A stretch of DNA of 64,000 nt from an uncultured Actinomycetes bacterium (GCA_963805265.1 CAWDTJ010000004.1:195355-259354); one strand, 5' to 3'; shown: positions 1-10,905, numbered from the stretch's first letter. The notes: generated by a model from the letters alone, not told the origin. Made by a program: numbers and translations.

Positions 1-713
1 TCGGTGGTGCTCGGCACCTCGGGCGTGGTTTTCGCGGCGCTCGACCGCTACGCCTGCGAACCGCAGGCGCGGGTGCATGTCTTCTGCCACGCTGTGCCCG
101 AGACCTGGGAAGCGATGGGCGTGATGCTCTCGGCCGCCGGCTCGCTTCGCTGGCTCCGCGACGTGCTCGCTCCGGGCTCCGAATACGATCAGCTGACGGC
201 CGAGGCGGCTCACTGGCAGCCCGGAGTCGAGGGACTCGCGTTCTTGCCCTACTTGCAGGGCGAGCGGACTCCTCATGCCGATCCAGATGCGCGCGGCGCC
301 TTTGTAGGCCTATCGCTCGTACACGACCGCGGCGCGCTCGTTCGCGCGCTGCTCGAGGGGGTCGCCTACGGGCTGCGCGACTCGCTCGAGCTCCTGCGCG
401 AGCTCGGAGTTGAGCCCGAGTCGGCGCGCGTCTCGGGCGGCGGCGCGCGCAGTCGCCTCTGGCTCGAGATCGTCGCCTCGGTGCTCGGGCTGCCGCTCGA
501 GCTGACCGCGGTCGAAGAGGGCGCCGCGTTTGGCGCCGCGCTGCTCGGCGGCGTAGCCGCAGGCGTTTTCCCCACTGCCGACGAGGCTGTCGAGGCCTGC
601 GTCAGCGTCCGCGACCGGGTTGAGCCGAACCCAGACTGGCGGGAGGCCTATGAGCGCGGCTATGTTCGCTTCCGCGCTCTCTATCCCGCCTTGCGACCAC
701 TGGAGGAAAAACA

Positions 714-717
<4 letters not shown>
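1..717 (+). CDS. xylB: FGGY-family carbohydrate kinase (xylulokinase-like), C-terminal part; 5' end lies outside the window
   Basis: The frame is open from base 1. The C-terminal FGGY-kinase-like sequence (LPYLQGERTPH..., GGGARSRLW...) is read from the translation. Confidence 0.7.
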
Positions 718-1420
<703 letters not shown>

Positions 1421-1424
<4 letters not shown>

Positions 1425-2059
1425 GGATCGTACAGCCGCTCGAAAGCGGCACGGCCATGCTCGAGCACCGGCTCGCCGTGCGACACCAGGACTCGCTCGA
1501 TCGGTAGACCGGCGAGCGCGCTCAGGTTCTCGCGCACCTTGGCGTGGCCTCCGCCCTTCGGTGACCAGGACTCCGGGCACAGCTCGAGCCGACCTCCCCC
1601 GGCGCCGAGGATGACGTCGCCCGTGACGAGCGCCAGCGCGCCGGGAATCCAGAAGACCAGCTCGCTGCCGCGCGCCTGAAAGGCCTGGAGCCCGCCGGGG
1701 AGAGAATCGCCGGGCAGGAAGAGGTCGCTGACCGTCCCCGCTCGCCGCTCGATCGGCGCCCGCGCCGGCGCGTGCGCCCACAAGCGGGCGTCGTATCGCT
1801 CGACCAGCGCGCGCGACTGGCGCGAGTGCCAGTACAGGGTTATCAGCACGTGTACCGGCAGGGCCAGGCGCTCCACCTCCGCATCGAGCCAAATCCAGAA
1901 TTCGCCGGCGCTCTCCGGCGGCACGATCGGGTCGATCAGGCAGAAAGCCTCGGCGCCCTGCCAGGCCACGGCGCCGACGCTCTCTTTCCACTCCGGGTGC
2001 CAAGCGGTCCAGCGCTTCAGGCCGGGAGCGATCTCACGCACGTTCTCGAACGCGTCCAC
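1421..2059 (-). CDS. Conserved hypothetical protein, possibly a degenerate MBL-fold protein
   Basis: 212-aa ORF with host-like codon bias. No clear HxHxDH motif, so the function is uncertain. Confidence 0.55.
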
Positions 2060-2124
2060 GGAATTCAGGATACGCCCGCCTCTCGCTACATTGCCCGAGA
2101 CAGCTCATCAATGACGGAGGGATC

Positions 2125-3130
2125 ATGGGGAAAGATCCAGTCAGGCTCGGCATCGTCTCGACAGCCGCTATCAACCAGTACGTTATTCCAGCCGCGAACG
2201 CGTCGGAGCCGATCGAGCTGGTGGCTGTCGCCAGTCGAGACGAGAAGCGGGCGGCGAGCTACGCGCGAGAGTGGGAAATCGAGCGCTCGTTCGGTTCCTA
2301 CGACGCCCTCCTGGCCGATTCGGATATCGAGGCCGTCTACATCTCGCTGCCCAACCACGAGCATGTGCCCTGGACGCTGCGCGCGCTCGAAGCCGGCAAG
2401 CACGTCCTCTGCGAAAAGCCGCTGACTCGGCATCCGGTTGAGGTCGAGACCGTCTGGAGCCTGGCCGAGTCGCGCGGTCTGGTGCTCTGCGAGGCATTCA
2501 TGTGGCGCCACCTTCCGCAGACCAAGCGCTTTGCCGAGCTGGTCGCCGGCGGCGCGATCGGCGAGCTGCAGTTCGTTCGCTCGCTGTTTTCCTTCGCCAT
2601 GGGCGACCCGAAGACCAACGTGCGCATGAAGCCGGAATTGGCGGGAGGCTCGCTGATGGACATCGGCACCTACTGCGTCAGCGGCATCCGTCTCGATGGC
2701 CGGCGAGCCCAGCGCGGTCTACGGCGAGCAGGTGCTGGGCGGGGAGGGAGTGGACGTTCGCTTCAGCGGGCTGGTGAATTGCGAGAACGGCGTGCGCGGG
2801 CTCTTCTACTCCTCGTTCGAGTCGCCGGTGCGCAAGGAGCTGGAGGCGATAGGCAGCGAGGGTGTGCTGCGCCTGCACGACCCCTGGCACGGCTGGCACG
2901 GCGGTCTCGAATTGCAGCGCGAGGAAGAAGGGAGCGAGCCGATCGAAGTCGAGTCGGGCGACGCCTACCAGCTCGAGCTGGAGGATTTCGCCCGAGCGAT
3001 TCGCGGCGAGAAGGAGCCGCTAATCGGCCGAGCCGATGCGCTTGGCCAGGCGCGAACGCTTGCGGCCCTCTACCTTTCGGCCGAGGAGGGAAGGCTCGTA
3101 GAGCTTTCGGAACTGGATCGGGAGGTGTGA
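2125..3130 (+). CDS. Gfo/Idh/MocA-family oxidoreductase, interrupted by one frameshift near 2690
   Basis: The N-terminal Rossmann part (RLGIVSTAAIN..., EKPL) is in the frame of 2125. The C-terminal part (MAGEPSAVYGEQ...RTLAALYLSAEEG) is in the frame of 2696..3130. The junction reads GTYCVSGIRL / MAGEPS. Confidence 0.8.
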
Positions 3131-3597
3131 TCGAAGTGATATCGCTGGAGCGACTGGAGGCATTTATCATCACGGCCAAGGCCGCGACCTACGCCGGCAA
3201 CGGCAAGCCGGTCGAATCGGCTCGTCCGGGCTCGACCGACCTCTGCTACGAGGACGGTGATCTCCTCTACCGCGACAGCTACTTCGGCAGCGGCGACTTC
3301 ATCGGCGAAGAGGTCGTCTGGCACCGCGGCAAGCCGATCTGGGCGATGAACTACTACGGCTACATCCTCGTGCCCGAGGAGCTGAGCGCGGAGGAAAGCG
3401 CCAAGGTGATCAAGGAGAGCCTGACGGCGCTCTACAGCGAGGGCCGCTTTCTCAGCGGCTTCAAGCACCAGACCTCGCTCGGGATCTACATCGACACCAA
3501 CGTCGGCGACGTCTCCAATTTCCACGGCATGGAGTGGACCGAGCGCGGCGGCCAGCGACTCTACGAGCTTCGCTATCACGGCGGACTGATCCGCTAG
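3127..3597 (+). CDS. Conserved hypothetical protein, DUF5680-like (family assignment from memory)
   Basis: This is the real coding tail of the 490-aa track ORF. A GTG at 3127 overlaps the upstream stop, and a GTG at 3136 is an alternative start with GGAGG at 3121. The sequence LERLEAFIITAKAATYAGNG...IGEEVVWHRGKPIWAMNYYG resembles the family. Confidence 0.55.
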   Translation: MIEVISLERLEAFIITAKAATYAGNGKPVESARPGSTDLCYEDGDLLYRDSYFGSGDFIGEEVVWHRGKPIWAMNYYGYILVPEELSAEESAKVIKESLTALYSEGRFLSGFKHQTSLGIYIDTNVGDVSNFHGMEWTERGGQRLYELRYHGGLIR

Positions 3598-3653
3598 CGA
3601 TTTGCACCGTTTTCGGCGGGTTTCGTTTTCTCGCCACGCGGGACAACCAACCC

Positions 3654-4157
3654 ATGCACCTCACCTACCGGGAGTGGTGGTCGCTCATTCACGGTTTCGT
3701 ATTCGGAGGCGGCTTTCTGCTCTCGTTCGCCGGGGTTGCGATCGTTCTGTACGGGCTGCGACGCGAGGAGCTGACCGACGAGGGCGTCGCGCAGCACGTG
3801 CTCTGGCTCAGGCTCGGCAGCGCCGCGATGGCGGTCGCCGCCTGGGGAACGGTTCTGCTCGGAACCTGGCTGCTCTATCCCTGGTACAGAAGCGGAGGCG
3901 CGCAAGCGGGTCTCCAGTCAAGTTCGCAGACTTCGGGCTGGGATCGATTCGGCATGGAGTGGAAGCAGCACCTCGCCTGGCTGGCGCCCTTCCTGGCCAC
4001 GACGGTCGCCTTCTTCGCCCTCTACTACGGGCCACGCCTGGCGCGCGACTCTCGCTTGCGCCTGCTCGCGCTCGTACTGCTCGTCGGCGCTTTCGGCGCG
4101 GCCTCGATCGCGGCCTTGTTCGGCGCCCTGATCACGAAGATGTCGCCGGTGGTCTAG
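3654..4157 (+). CDS. Integral membrane protein (4-5 predicted TM)
   Basis: ATG at 3654 followed by hydrophobic segments. The upstream part of the track ORF is Arg-rich and looks non-coding. Confidence 0.6.
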   Translation: MHLTYREWWSLIHGFVFGGGFLLSFAGVAIVLYGLRREELTDEGVAQHVLWLRLGSAAMAVAAWGTVLLGTWLLYPWYRSGGAQAGLQSSSQTSGWDRFGMEWKQHLAWLAPFLATTVAFFALYYGPRLARDSRLRLLALVLLVGAFGAASIAALFGALITKMSPVV

Positions 4158-4505
4158 ATGGAAACGGCTACCCGAGACGGCAGCGAGAAGCCGAACGGCC
4201 CGGCCTTTGCGGCCGTCATCGCCGCCGCGCTCGCCTTCGCGGTGCTCGGGGCGGTGACCACTCTGGCCGAGGTGTTCGGCGGATTCGGCGACTGGCTCGC
4301 CTTTTCGAGTCGCGTCGGGATGCTCTCGGGCGAGACGATCATCGCGATCGCCGTCTACTTCCTCTCATGGCTGGTGCTGGGCTTTCTCTGGCGCCGGTCG
4401 GAGCCGCGACTGCTACCGGTGCTCGTTGTCGGCGCCCTGCTCGTCGGGATCGGCCTGGTCGGCACCTTCCCGCCCTTCTTCCGCCTGTTCGGGGTCGAAG
4501 AGTGA
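4158..4505 (+). CDS. Small integral membrane protein (3 predicted TM)
   Basis: The ATG lies directly after the upstream stop (TAGATG). The product is hydrophobic. Confidence 0.55.
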   Translation: METATRDGSEKPNGPAFAAVIAAALAFAVLGAVTTLAEVFGGFGDWLAFSSRVGMLSGETIIAIAVYFLSWLVLGFLWRRSEPRLLPVLVVGALLVGIGLVGTFPPFFRLFGVEE

Positions 4506-4638
4506 GCTTCGTCGCCCAGGTACGTCTGCGACCCTCATGTCGCGGTAATGATGGGCAGCTTCACAGTCACTTAACGTAGCGCGCGCATAGATGCGGGTCG
4601 AGCCGGGGATTTATAGCTGTCTAGTAAAGGAGAGATCC

Positions 4639-5007
4639 ATGTCACGCACTCGTATCCTGCTCGTATCCGTCCTCGCGCTGCTTGCTCTCGCCGTCGCCGG
4701 GGCCGTCCAGGCCTCGACTCAGAGCACGGGCAAGCTCGCCGCCAACGTCGGCCCCGGTTTCACGATCAGCTTCACTCAGAACGGGAAAGCGGTGAAGTCG
4801 CTCAAGGCAGGCACCTACAGCATCACGGTCCACGACAAATCCCCGATGCACAACTTCCACCTCTTCGGGCACGGCATCAATAAAAAGACCGCCATCTCTA
4901 CCACCAGCAGCGCGGTTTGGAAGATCAAGTTCGTCGCGAAGGGCACCTACAAGTTTCATTGCGACGCGCATCCCACGTCCCTGTTCGGGAGCTTCAAGGT
5001 CACGTAG
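4639..5007 (+). CDS. Secreted cupredoxin-like (type-1 copper-like) protein
   Basis: AAAGGAGAG RBS before the ATG at 4639. Signal peptide ends ...AVQA. Has HNFH and a C-terminal FHCDAHPTSLFG motif (C-x2-H) resembling a blue-copper site. Confidence 0.65.
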   Translation: MSRTRILLVSVLALLALAVAGAVQASTQSTGKLAANVGPGFTISFTQNGKAVKSLKAGTYSITVHDKSPMHNFHLFGHGINKKTAISTTSSAVWKIKFVAKGTYKFHCDAHPTSLFGSFKVT

Positions 5008-5056
5008 TCGAGCGTTAAATCGAAGTCCGTCGGGTGACGAACCGGCTCGCACTCCC

Positions 5057-5088
5057 GGCCCCGCTACAGGCTCCTGTTGAGCGGGGCC
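5057..5088 (+). terminator. Stem-loop downstream of the cupredoxin gene
   Basis: GGCCCCGCT (5057-5065) pairs with AGCGGGGCC (5080-5088). There is no clear U-tract. Confidence 0.45.
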
Positions 5089-5204
5089 ACTCTGCGGTCG
5101 TTTGCGGCGCCGCGGTTCGTTAAGCCAGCCCGCCTCTCGGGAGGGCGTCACTCCGCTCGGTCTGCCAAATCGGCCGATCGAGCTATGGCGAAGGTAGTCT
5201 GCTT

Positions 5205-6350
5205 GTGGCAAACTCGCCATCCTGTACGCGAAAGAAGAGGAAAGATTGGTCTGGTCGGAAGACGAAGGCAGCGGCCCCCGCCGAGGAGCAGTCGAAGGGC
5301 CAGGGTTTTGACCTCCTTGCTTCCGAGCAGGCGAAGGTGCTGATCGAAGCCGGAAAGAGCGCCGGCGCGTTGCGCACCGAAGACATCGCAACCGCCCTCG
5401 ACGAGGTGGAGTTCGACACCGAGCAGCTCGATGAGTTCTACAACGTTCTCGACGAGCTGCAGATCGAAGTCGTGGACGGCGAGGGCCCGGTCGAGAAGGT
5501 CGTGATCGAGGAACCTTGGCGCGAGCTGACGACCGACTCGCTCCAGCTCTTCCTCAAGGAGATCGGACGCATCGACTTGCTCACGCCGGCCCAGGAGGTG
5601 GAGCTGGCCAAGAGGATCGAGCGCGGCGACCATCGCGCCAAGCAGCAGATGGTCGAGGCCAACCTGCGCCTCGTCGTCTCGATCGCCAAGCGCTATCGCA
5701 ATCAGGGCCTGCCCTTCCTCGATCTGATTCAGGAGGGCACGATCGGGCTGGTGCGCGCGGCCGAGAAGTTCGACTACCGCAAAGGGTTCAAGTTCTCGAC
5801 CTACGCCACCTGGTGGATTCGCCAGGCCGTCGCCCGCGCGCTGGCCGACAAGGGGCGCACGATCCGCATGCCGGTGCACGTGGTCGAGAAGTTGAACCGG
5901 ATCATGCGCGCCGAGCGCAAGCTCCAGGCGCAGAACGGCCGCCTGCCGACGAGCGAGGAGCTCTCCAAGGATCTCGATCTACCGATCGACGAGATCGATC
6001 AGATCCTGCGCGCCGCTCAGACCCCGGTCTCGTTGGAGAAGCCGGTCGGCGACGAGGAGGAGTCGGAGTTCGGCCACTTCATCCCCGATTCCTCGACGCC
6101 GCTGCCCGACGAGGCGGCCGAGCTGAGCATGCGCCGCGAGACGCTCCAGCGCCTGCTGCAGTGCCTGTCTTACCGCGAGCGCCGCGTGCTCGAGCTGCGC
6201 TACGGCCTCGGCGGCGAGCACCCGCGCACGCTCGACGAGGTCGGCAACGCCTTCAACGTCACCCGCGAGCGCATCCGCCAGATCGAGAACCAGAGCCTGA
6301 AGAAGCTACGCGCGATGGCCGAGACGCTGAAACTGCGCGAAGTGGCCTAG
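5205..6350 (+). CDS. rpoD: Primary RNA polymerase sigma factor (sigma-70, RpoD/SigA)
   Basis: Regions 1.2-4 are recognisable ([58 protein letters not shown]). Start codon is uncertain (GTG at 5205). Confidence 0.9.
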   Translation: MANSPSCTRKKRKDWSGRKTKAAAPAEEQSKGQGFDLLASEQAKVLIEAGKSAGALRTEDIATALDEVEFDTEQLDEFYNVLDELQIEVVDGEGPVEKVVIEEPWRELTTDSLQLFLKEIGRIDLLTPAQEVELAKRIERGDHRAKQQMVEANLRLVVSIAKRYRNQGLPFLDLIQEGTIGLVRAAEKFDYRKGFKFSTYATWWIRQAVARALADKGRTIRMPVHVVEKLNRIMRAERKLQAQNGRLPTSEELSKDLDLPIDEIDQILRAAQTPVSLEKPVGDEEESEFGHFIPDSSTPLPDEAAELSMRRETLQRLLQCLSYRERRVLELRYGLGGEHPRTLDEVGNAFNVTRERIRQIENQSLKKLRAMAETLKLREVA

Positions 6351-6374
6351 TCTGCGGCGGGCTCGGCCGACTTT

Positions 6375-8473
6375 CTAGCGGGCGATCTTGAAGGTTCCCG
6401 TCCCGATCAGACGGCCGTAGTGCGCGGCGGCGAGAGAGCCGAAGCCCGGCCAGACGAACCACGTGTAGGTGCCTCGAGCGAGCTGCCGTTTCAGCGCCGC
6501 CGAACTTCCAGATTCGCTTCAGCCGGAAGCTGGTTCCGTGCGGCCACGAGCTCAGCACCTTGTGCCCGCCACTGAAGATCTGGACGTTGTAGTAGCCGGC
6601 CTTGGCGATCGGCGTCCATCTGAGCAGCGGCGGCGCGGAGAGGACGGCGCCGCTCAGCGGCGCGATCAGCCTCCGGCCGCTCAAGACCGAGACGCCTACG
6701 CTGAACGAGATCTTGCGCGTGTTCTTGCGTGTATCGGTCGCCTTGCAGGTCACGGCCGTCTTTCCGAGCTTGAACTTGGAGCCCGAGGCGGGGCTGCAGA
6801 CGGTCTTGACAACTCCGTCCACGGCGTCGGTGGCGACAGGCCGCTTGTAGACGACCTTGACCGGTTTCTTGCCGCTCACCTTCTTCACGATGTCGCGCGG
6901 CTTGGCGAAGACCGGCGCGGTCGTATCTGCCACGTTGATCGTGAATGTCTTTACTGTTTTTCCGCCGCTCGCGCTCGTAGCGGTGCAGGTGACGGTGGTG
7001 GCTCCGAACGGGAACATGCTGCCCGGGGCCGGGCTGCAGACGATCGTCGGCGCCGGGCTGTCGCCCGACGAGACGTTGAAGCTGATCGAAGCGCCCGCTC
7101 GCGAGGTCGCCTCCGCGCTGAGCCCGAGCGGGACGATCAAGGCGGGAAGCGCGATCGGCGGCGCATATCGCACGGTGACTTTGAACGTAATGCCGCCCAG
7201 GCTCCCGTTGCTGGATTGGGCCGTGCAGCTGACCGGTGGTGGTTCCCAGCCGGGAAGGTCGACCCGGGACTCGGGGCGCAGGTGACGGGCCTTACGGATG
7301 AATCGACGGGGTCGGTCGCCGTCGGGGGCGTGTAGTTGACGATTGCGCCGCTCGGATCGGTCGTATCCTGGGTGATGTTGCCCGGTATGTCGCTGAAGCT
7401 CGGCGCGTTCGAATTGATCGTCCAAGTGAAGGAGGCCGGCGCGCTCTGATTGTTGGCGGCGTCAACGGCCTTAACCAGGAAAGTGTGCGGGCCCTGGGCC
7501 AGGCCGGTGTACATAATCCCGGCTGGAGCAGTTCGAGAAGCCGACGCCGTCGAGGTAGCACTGGAAAGTGATGGCTGGTCGACGTCGGTAGCGGAGAAGG
7601 TGAAGGTCGCGGTCGTCTGATTGGTCGGGTTGCCGGGCGTTGTGTCGAGCGAGAGACCGGCGGCGTTGTGTCGACACACTGATCGTGAAGCTCTTCGTGA
7701 CGGCGTGGTTGCCGGCGGTCCTGGCGTCGCAGTTGACCGTGGTATGACCGAGCGCGAAGAGCGAGCCCGAGGGCAGTACGCAGGTGACCGTCACGCTGCT
7801 GTCGACGTTGTCGGTCGCGCCCGGGGTCGAGTAGGTCACGGTCGCGCCTGTGGCATCTATCGCTGGGGCGCTGACGGGGCCTGGCTGGCTGATTACGGGT
7901 GGAGTCGTGTCGTGGACGGTGACAGTGAAGCTCTTCCTGACGGTATCGTTGCCGGCGCATCGCGAGCGTCGCAGTTGACGGTGGTATACCGAGCGCGAAG
8001 TGCGAGCTCGAGGGCGGTACGCAGGTGACCGTCACGCTGCCGTCGACGATGTCGGTCGCGCTCGGGGTCGGGTAGGTCACGGTCGCGCCTGCGGCATTTA
8101 GCGCTGGGGCGCTGACGTTGCCTGGCTGGCTGATCACCGGTGGAGTCGTGTCCTGAACGGTGATGGTGAGCTTTCACAGTCTGATCGGCCGGTTACCGGG
8201 GTCGGTCGCGGTGCAGGTGACGAGCGTGGACCCAAGCGGGAATAGGCTGTCGGAGACGTGGTTGCACACGGGCGCCTGGTCGAGGTCGGAGGAAACCGAG
8301 TAGGGCACGTGCGCGCCGCTTGCCGATGTCGCCTCGACCGAGAAGTCGTTAGGCACGGTCAGAGTCGGCGATACCGCGCGAGCGCCGATCCCGTCATGAC
8401 GATCGGGACGAGCACCAGCAGCGTGGCAATGGAACACGCCGGCTGCGGCTCGTCGTCTCTTCCAGTAGCTCAT
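6375..8473 (-). pseudogene. Large secreted HYR/Ig-like repeat surface protein (adhesin-like), broken by at least 8 frame changes
   Basis: HYR-like units (e.g. ATDAVDGVVKTVCSPASGSKFKLGKTAVTCKATD, TVTCVLPSGSLFALGHTTVNCDA) and an FQCYLDG...GPHTFLVKAVDAANN Ig-like unit are spread over all three minus-strand frames. A signal-peptide-like SIATLLVLVPIVMTGSALA is readable only off-frame. The C-terminal LARGTYTWFVWPGFG...FKIAR* ends at 6375 in a different frame from track ORF 6259..7425. Confidence 0.7.
7681..8161. repeat. Two tandem ~240-bp near-identical units (7681-7920 and 7921-8161), followed by a third, more divergent unit
   Basis: The units align directly by eye (gatcgtgaagctcttcgtgacgg... against gacagtgaagctcttcctgacgg...). 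They encode successive HYR-like domains of the adhesin gene. Unit 2 differs from unit 1 by small indels that break its frame. Confidence 0.8.
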
Positions 8474-9127
8474 AGTCCTGAACTGCGGGAGATGAGATAA
8501 ACGATACTCGTGCTGACGAGTAAAAGTAAGCCGCCCACGACCACGTCTCCGCGGTGATTCTCCATCGTCCTGCGCAGACGCCACGGTCGTAGGTAGTAGG
8601 GGTCGAGTGACGCCAGCACGAGCAGGAGTATGCCCGCTCCGACAAGTACTAAAAGCACCGCGCTGAGCAGGGTCGAGATCGCCGAGCGCACGCCGCTCGA
8701 TCCGCCACCGCCGGCGGTCGGCTGGAGCCTGACGACTGTCGTGCTCGACTCGTTCGCGCTCGGCCTGGCGGTCGCGCTCGGCTCGGGCGTTGTGGTCGCG
8801 GCCGTGCTGCTGGACGGGATCTTGGTCGTGGCCGCGATCCTGGCCGCCGCCGCGATCTTGGCTCTGACCGCCGCAAGCTGCTTCTTCTCCGTCTTCTTTC
8901 GTATCGCCTCGGCCTTGGCGCGGGCGCGGCGGCTCGCCTGGGAGGCTCGAGTCGGCGAGTTGGTCGTCGCGACCGGAGGCCGTGTAGGTCGTGGCCGGCG
9001 GCGTGTAGGTCGGCGCCGGAGGCGTGTACGTCCTCGCCGGCTTGGCAGGGGGCGGGACGGGCGCCGCGTCGGGGCTCGGACCTGCGGCAATCGCGGGCGC
9101 CGCGCTCACGATCATTCCGAGCAGCAA
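8470..9127 (-). CDS. Proline-rich secreted/membrane-anchored protein, paralog 1 (one frameshift near 8975; true start unresolved)
   Basis: Signal-like LALLLGMIVSAAPAIAA, then a P-rich TYTPP repeat and a basic K/R/A-rich segment. The C-terminal TM hairpin is LLLVLASLDPYYLRPWRL...ENHRGDVVVGGLLLLV. Its TGA overlaps the adhesin ATG (ATGA at 8470-8473). Confidence 0.6.
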
Positions 9128-9265
9128 AGCCAGTTGCGCGGGCCGGCGCAGGCGCGCGCGCCGCCCTTCTCAGGGCAGCGCGCCGTTCCGGCGCGTGCGG
9201 CCAGGCGAAAACGGGCTTCTTCTCAGGTTCGGTTGTAGGTACGGCTCACCCCCCCGGGCACATCG

Positions 9266-9273
9266 CATTATGA
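9266..9273 (-). promoter_or_regulatory. TCATAATG motif (-10-like) upstream of paralog 1
   Basis: The plus strand reads cattatga. The same octamer lies upstream of all three paralogs. Confidence 0.3.
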
Positions 9274-9544
9274 GATCAAGCGGGAAAAGAGTCACTCCCT
9301 CAGCCGGAGGTCTGTGACCCGGGGTTGATTGGTGTCTCCGCTCGCTGATACCGCCGTGTTCGGGTACGCGATCCGCGACGGTCGGCGTACCTTGCGGTTA
9401 GGCGCCGCAGCCGCATTCCTCGCGGTGCCTGGCACCGCGCCGGAGTTCGAGAATCGTATCGCGCCAGTAGGAGTCGGCGCAATGTCGCGGACGAGACAGT
9501 GAGAAGACGTGCGCTACGCCACCCGCTTGCCTACGCTCTTTTCT

Positions 9545-10012
9545 CTACCGCGAGGCCAGGTACAGGATTCCCAGGACGGCGATCAGCGTGCCGGCCACAC
9601 CCAATCCCGCCAGGACGACCAGTGCCGCGTGCAGCGCCTCCGAGAGCGTCGAGCCCGAGTTCGAGATACTACTAACGCCGGTCGGCTGAGGGTCGGCGGT
9701 CACTCGGGCCGGCTTTGACTTGGTCGTCACCGCTCGCGGCTTGTTGACGCGCTTCTTCCGCCGGGCGGGGGAGGTCGCGTGCGTTCGGCTGGTTGTCCGT
9801 ACCGTTGTCGTCGTCGGCGACGACCGTGTCGTCACCGGAGGGGTGAACGTGTGTACGGGGGCAGGCGGTGGGCTGGGCGCGACAGGCGCCGGATCGGGCT
9901 TCGGATTTGCCGCGTACGCCGGTGTAGCGGTCGCTATCAGCCCGAGCACGAGAGTCAGTCGCGCGAGTCGGCGCAGGCTGGAGGGCTTGGTATTGGCTCG
10001 GATCTCAGTCAT
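9545..10012 (-). CDS. Proline-rich secreted/membrane-anchored protein, paralog 2
   Basis: Starts MTEIRANTKPSSLRRLARLTLVLGLIATATPAYA (signal peptide), then ANPKPDPAPV, a basic region and a single C-terminal TM. The earlier ATG at 10048 was rejected because it lies within the promoter-like motif region. Confidence 0.65.
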   Translation of the reverse strand: MTEIRANTKPSSLRRLARLTLVLGLIATATPAYAANPKPDPAPVAPSPPPAPVHTFTPPVTTRSSPTTTTVRTTSRTHATSPARRKKRVNKPRAVTTKSKPARVTADPQPTGVSSISNSGSTLSEALHAALVVLAGLGVAGTLIAVLGILYLASR

Positions 10013-10035
10013 CGCTATGCACTCCAAGCAGTTTC

Positions 10036-10043
10036 CATTATGA
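10036..10043 (-). promoter_or_regulatory. TCATAATG motif (-10-like) upstream of paralog 2
   Basis: The plus strand reads cattatga, about 25 nt upstream of the ATG at 10012. Confidence 0.3.
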
Positions 10044-10145
10044 ATCAAATCTGTGGCAGTACAGATCCCCGCTTTCTTGCGGGGTCGAACCTCGGCGGAA
10101 CTGCTCAGTCCGCTGAATCAGTCGCGAAGTGACCTCTCAGCCGAC

Positions 10146-10768
10146 CTATACCGCGGTGCTCAGATATGCGATTCCAACGCTGAGTAGGATCAAGGCGCCG
10201 GCTATTGCGACATCTCCACGGTGTTCCGCGAACGTGGCGATCAGACGTCGCGGCCGCACATAACTCGGTTCGAGCATCGCGAGCACCAACAAGAGCACGC
10301 CCAACCCCACGAGCGAGAGCGCCGCCACTTTGAGTGTATTCGAGCTCGTCGAGCGCAGTGCGTCGACCCTGCGGGGACGAGGACCGTCCTGGCCTTGACG
10401 TGCGTGATCGGTTTGAGCCGCGCCGAGCCGTTGACCCGCTTGTGTTCGCCTTGCTTGTGGCTCGTTGCTTTCGCCTTCGCCGGGGTTGGCGGGGTAGGCC
10501 TCGCTGCGGTGTACGTGGGCGTTGCCGCCGGCTGAGAGGCCGTCGTCGCCGGCGGGGGCCTGGGTTGCACCGGCGCCGGATCGGGTTTTGGAGCCGCAGC
10601 GCTCGCCGCCGGCGCGAGGGCGATCAGTGCGAATGCGAGCGCGAGCGCTGCGAACACAAGTTGGAGCAGCCGCACAACCGTTCTTGCTCTCGTCGCGCAC
10701 GCTCGACCGGGCTCAACAACGCGATAGGCGGCCTGATCGTTCGTCGAATTGAGGGGAGGCCTAGGCAC
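10146..10768 (-). CDS. Proline-rich secreted/membrane-anchored protein, paralog 3 (one frameshift near 10390)
   Basis: The N-terminal part (LLQLVFAALALAFALIALAPAASAAAPKPDPAPV) is in frame 10241..10768. The C-terminal part (LLLVLAMLEPSYVRPRRL...AEHRGDVAIAGALILL) is in frame 10146..10700. Confidence 0.6.
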
Positions 10769-10791
10769 CGGGGTTGACTTTCAGAAACAAA

Positions 10792-10799
10792 CATTATGA
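10792..10799 (-). promoter_or_regulatory. TCATAATG motif (-10-like) upstream of paralog 3
   Basis: The plus strand reads cattatga, just upstream of the GTG at 10768. Confidence 0.3.
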
Positions 10800-10905
10800 C
10801 CTCAATACCAGCACTTTGCAGCCTTTCTTGCGTAAGACTCGCGCAGGGGCGGTGGGACTCGTAGCCAATCTACTCGTAGTCCCCGACCAGATGTCCGCGT
10901 ACGAT

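Noticed and set aside
2125-3597. 490-aa ORF that looks like one long protein
   Set aside because: Only its first ~190 codons (Gfo/Idh/MocA N-terminus) and last ~155 codons (DUF5680-like) look coding. The middle is Arg/Ala-rich off-frame read-through of the oxidoreductase C-terminal half, which is actually encoded in frame 2696..3130.
7681-8161. Regular ~240-bp repeats as a possible CRISPR or satellite array
   Set aside because: The units are far longer than CRISPR repeats, have no spacers, and translate into HYR-like protein domains. They are intragenic coding repeats.
8170-8180. In-frame TGA within the adhesin gene as possible selenocysteine or read-through
   Set aside because: There is no SECIS-like hairpin. 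The alternate frame gives the repeat-consistent ADQTVK-LTITV reading, and the gene has many other frame breaks. It is treated as disruption.
9380-9470. tRNA-like T-arm string (ggagttcgagaatc) and the palindrome ggtgcctggcacc
   Set aside because: No acceptor, D or anticodon stems can be drawn, and the T-stem does not pair. No tRNA is called anywhere in the window.
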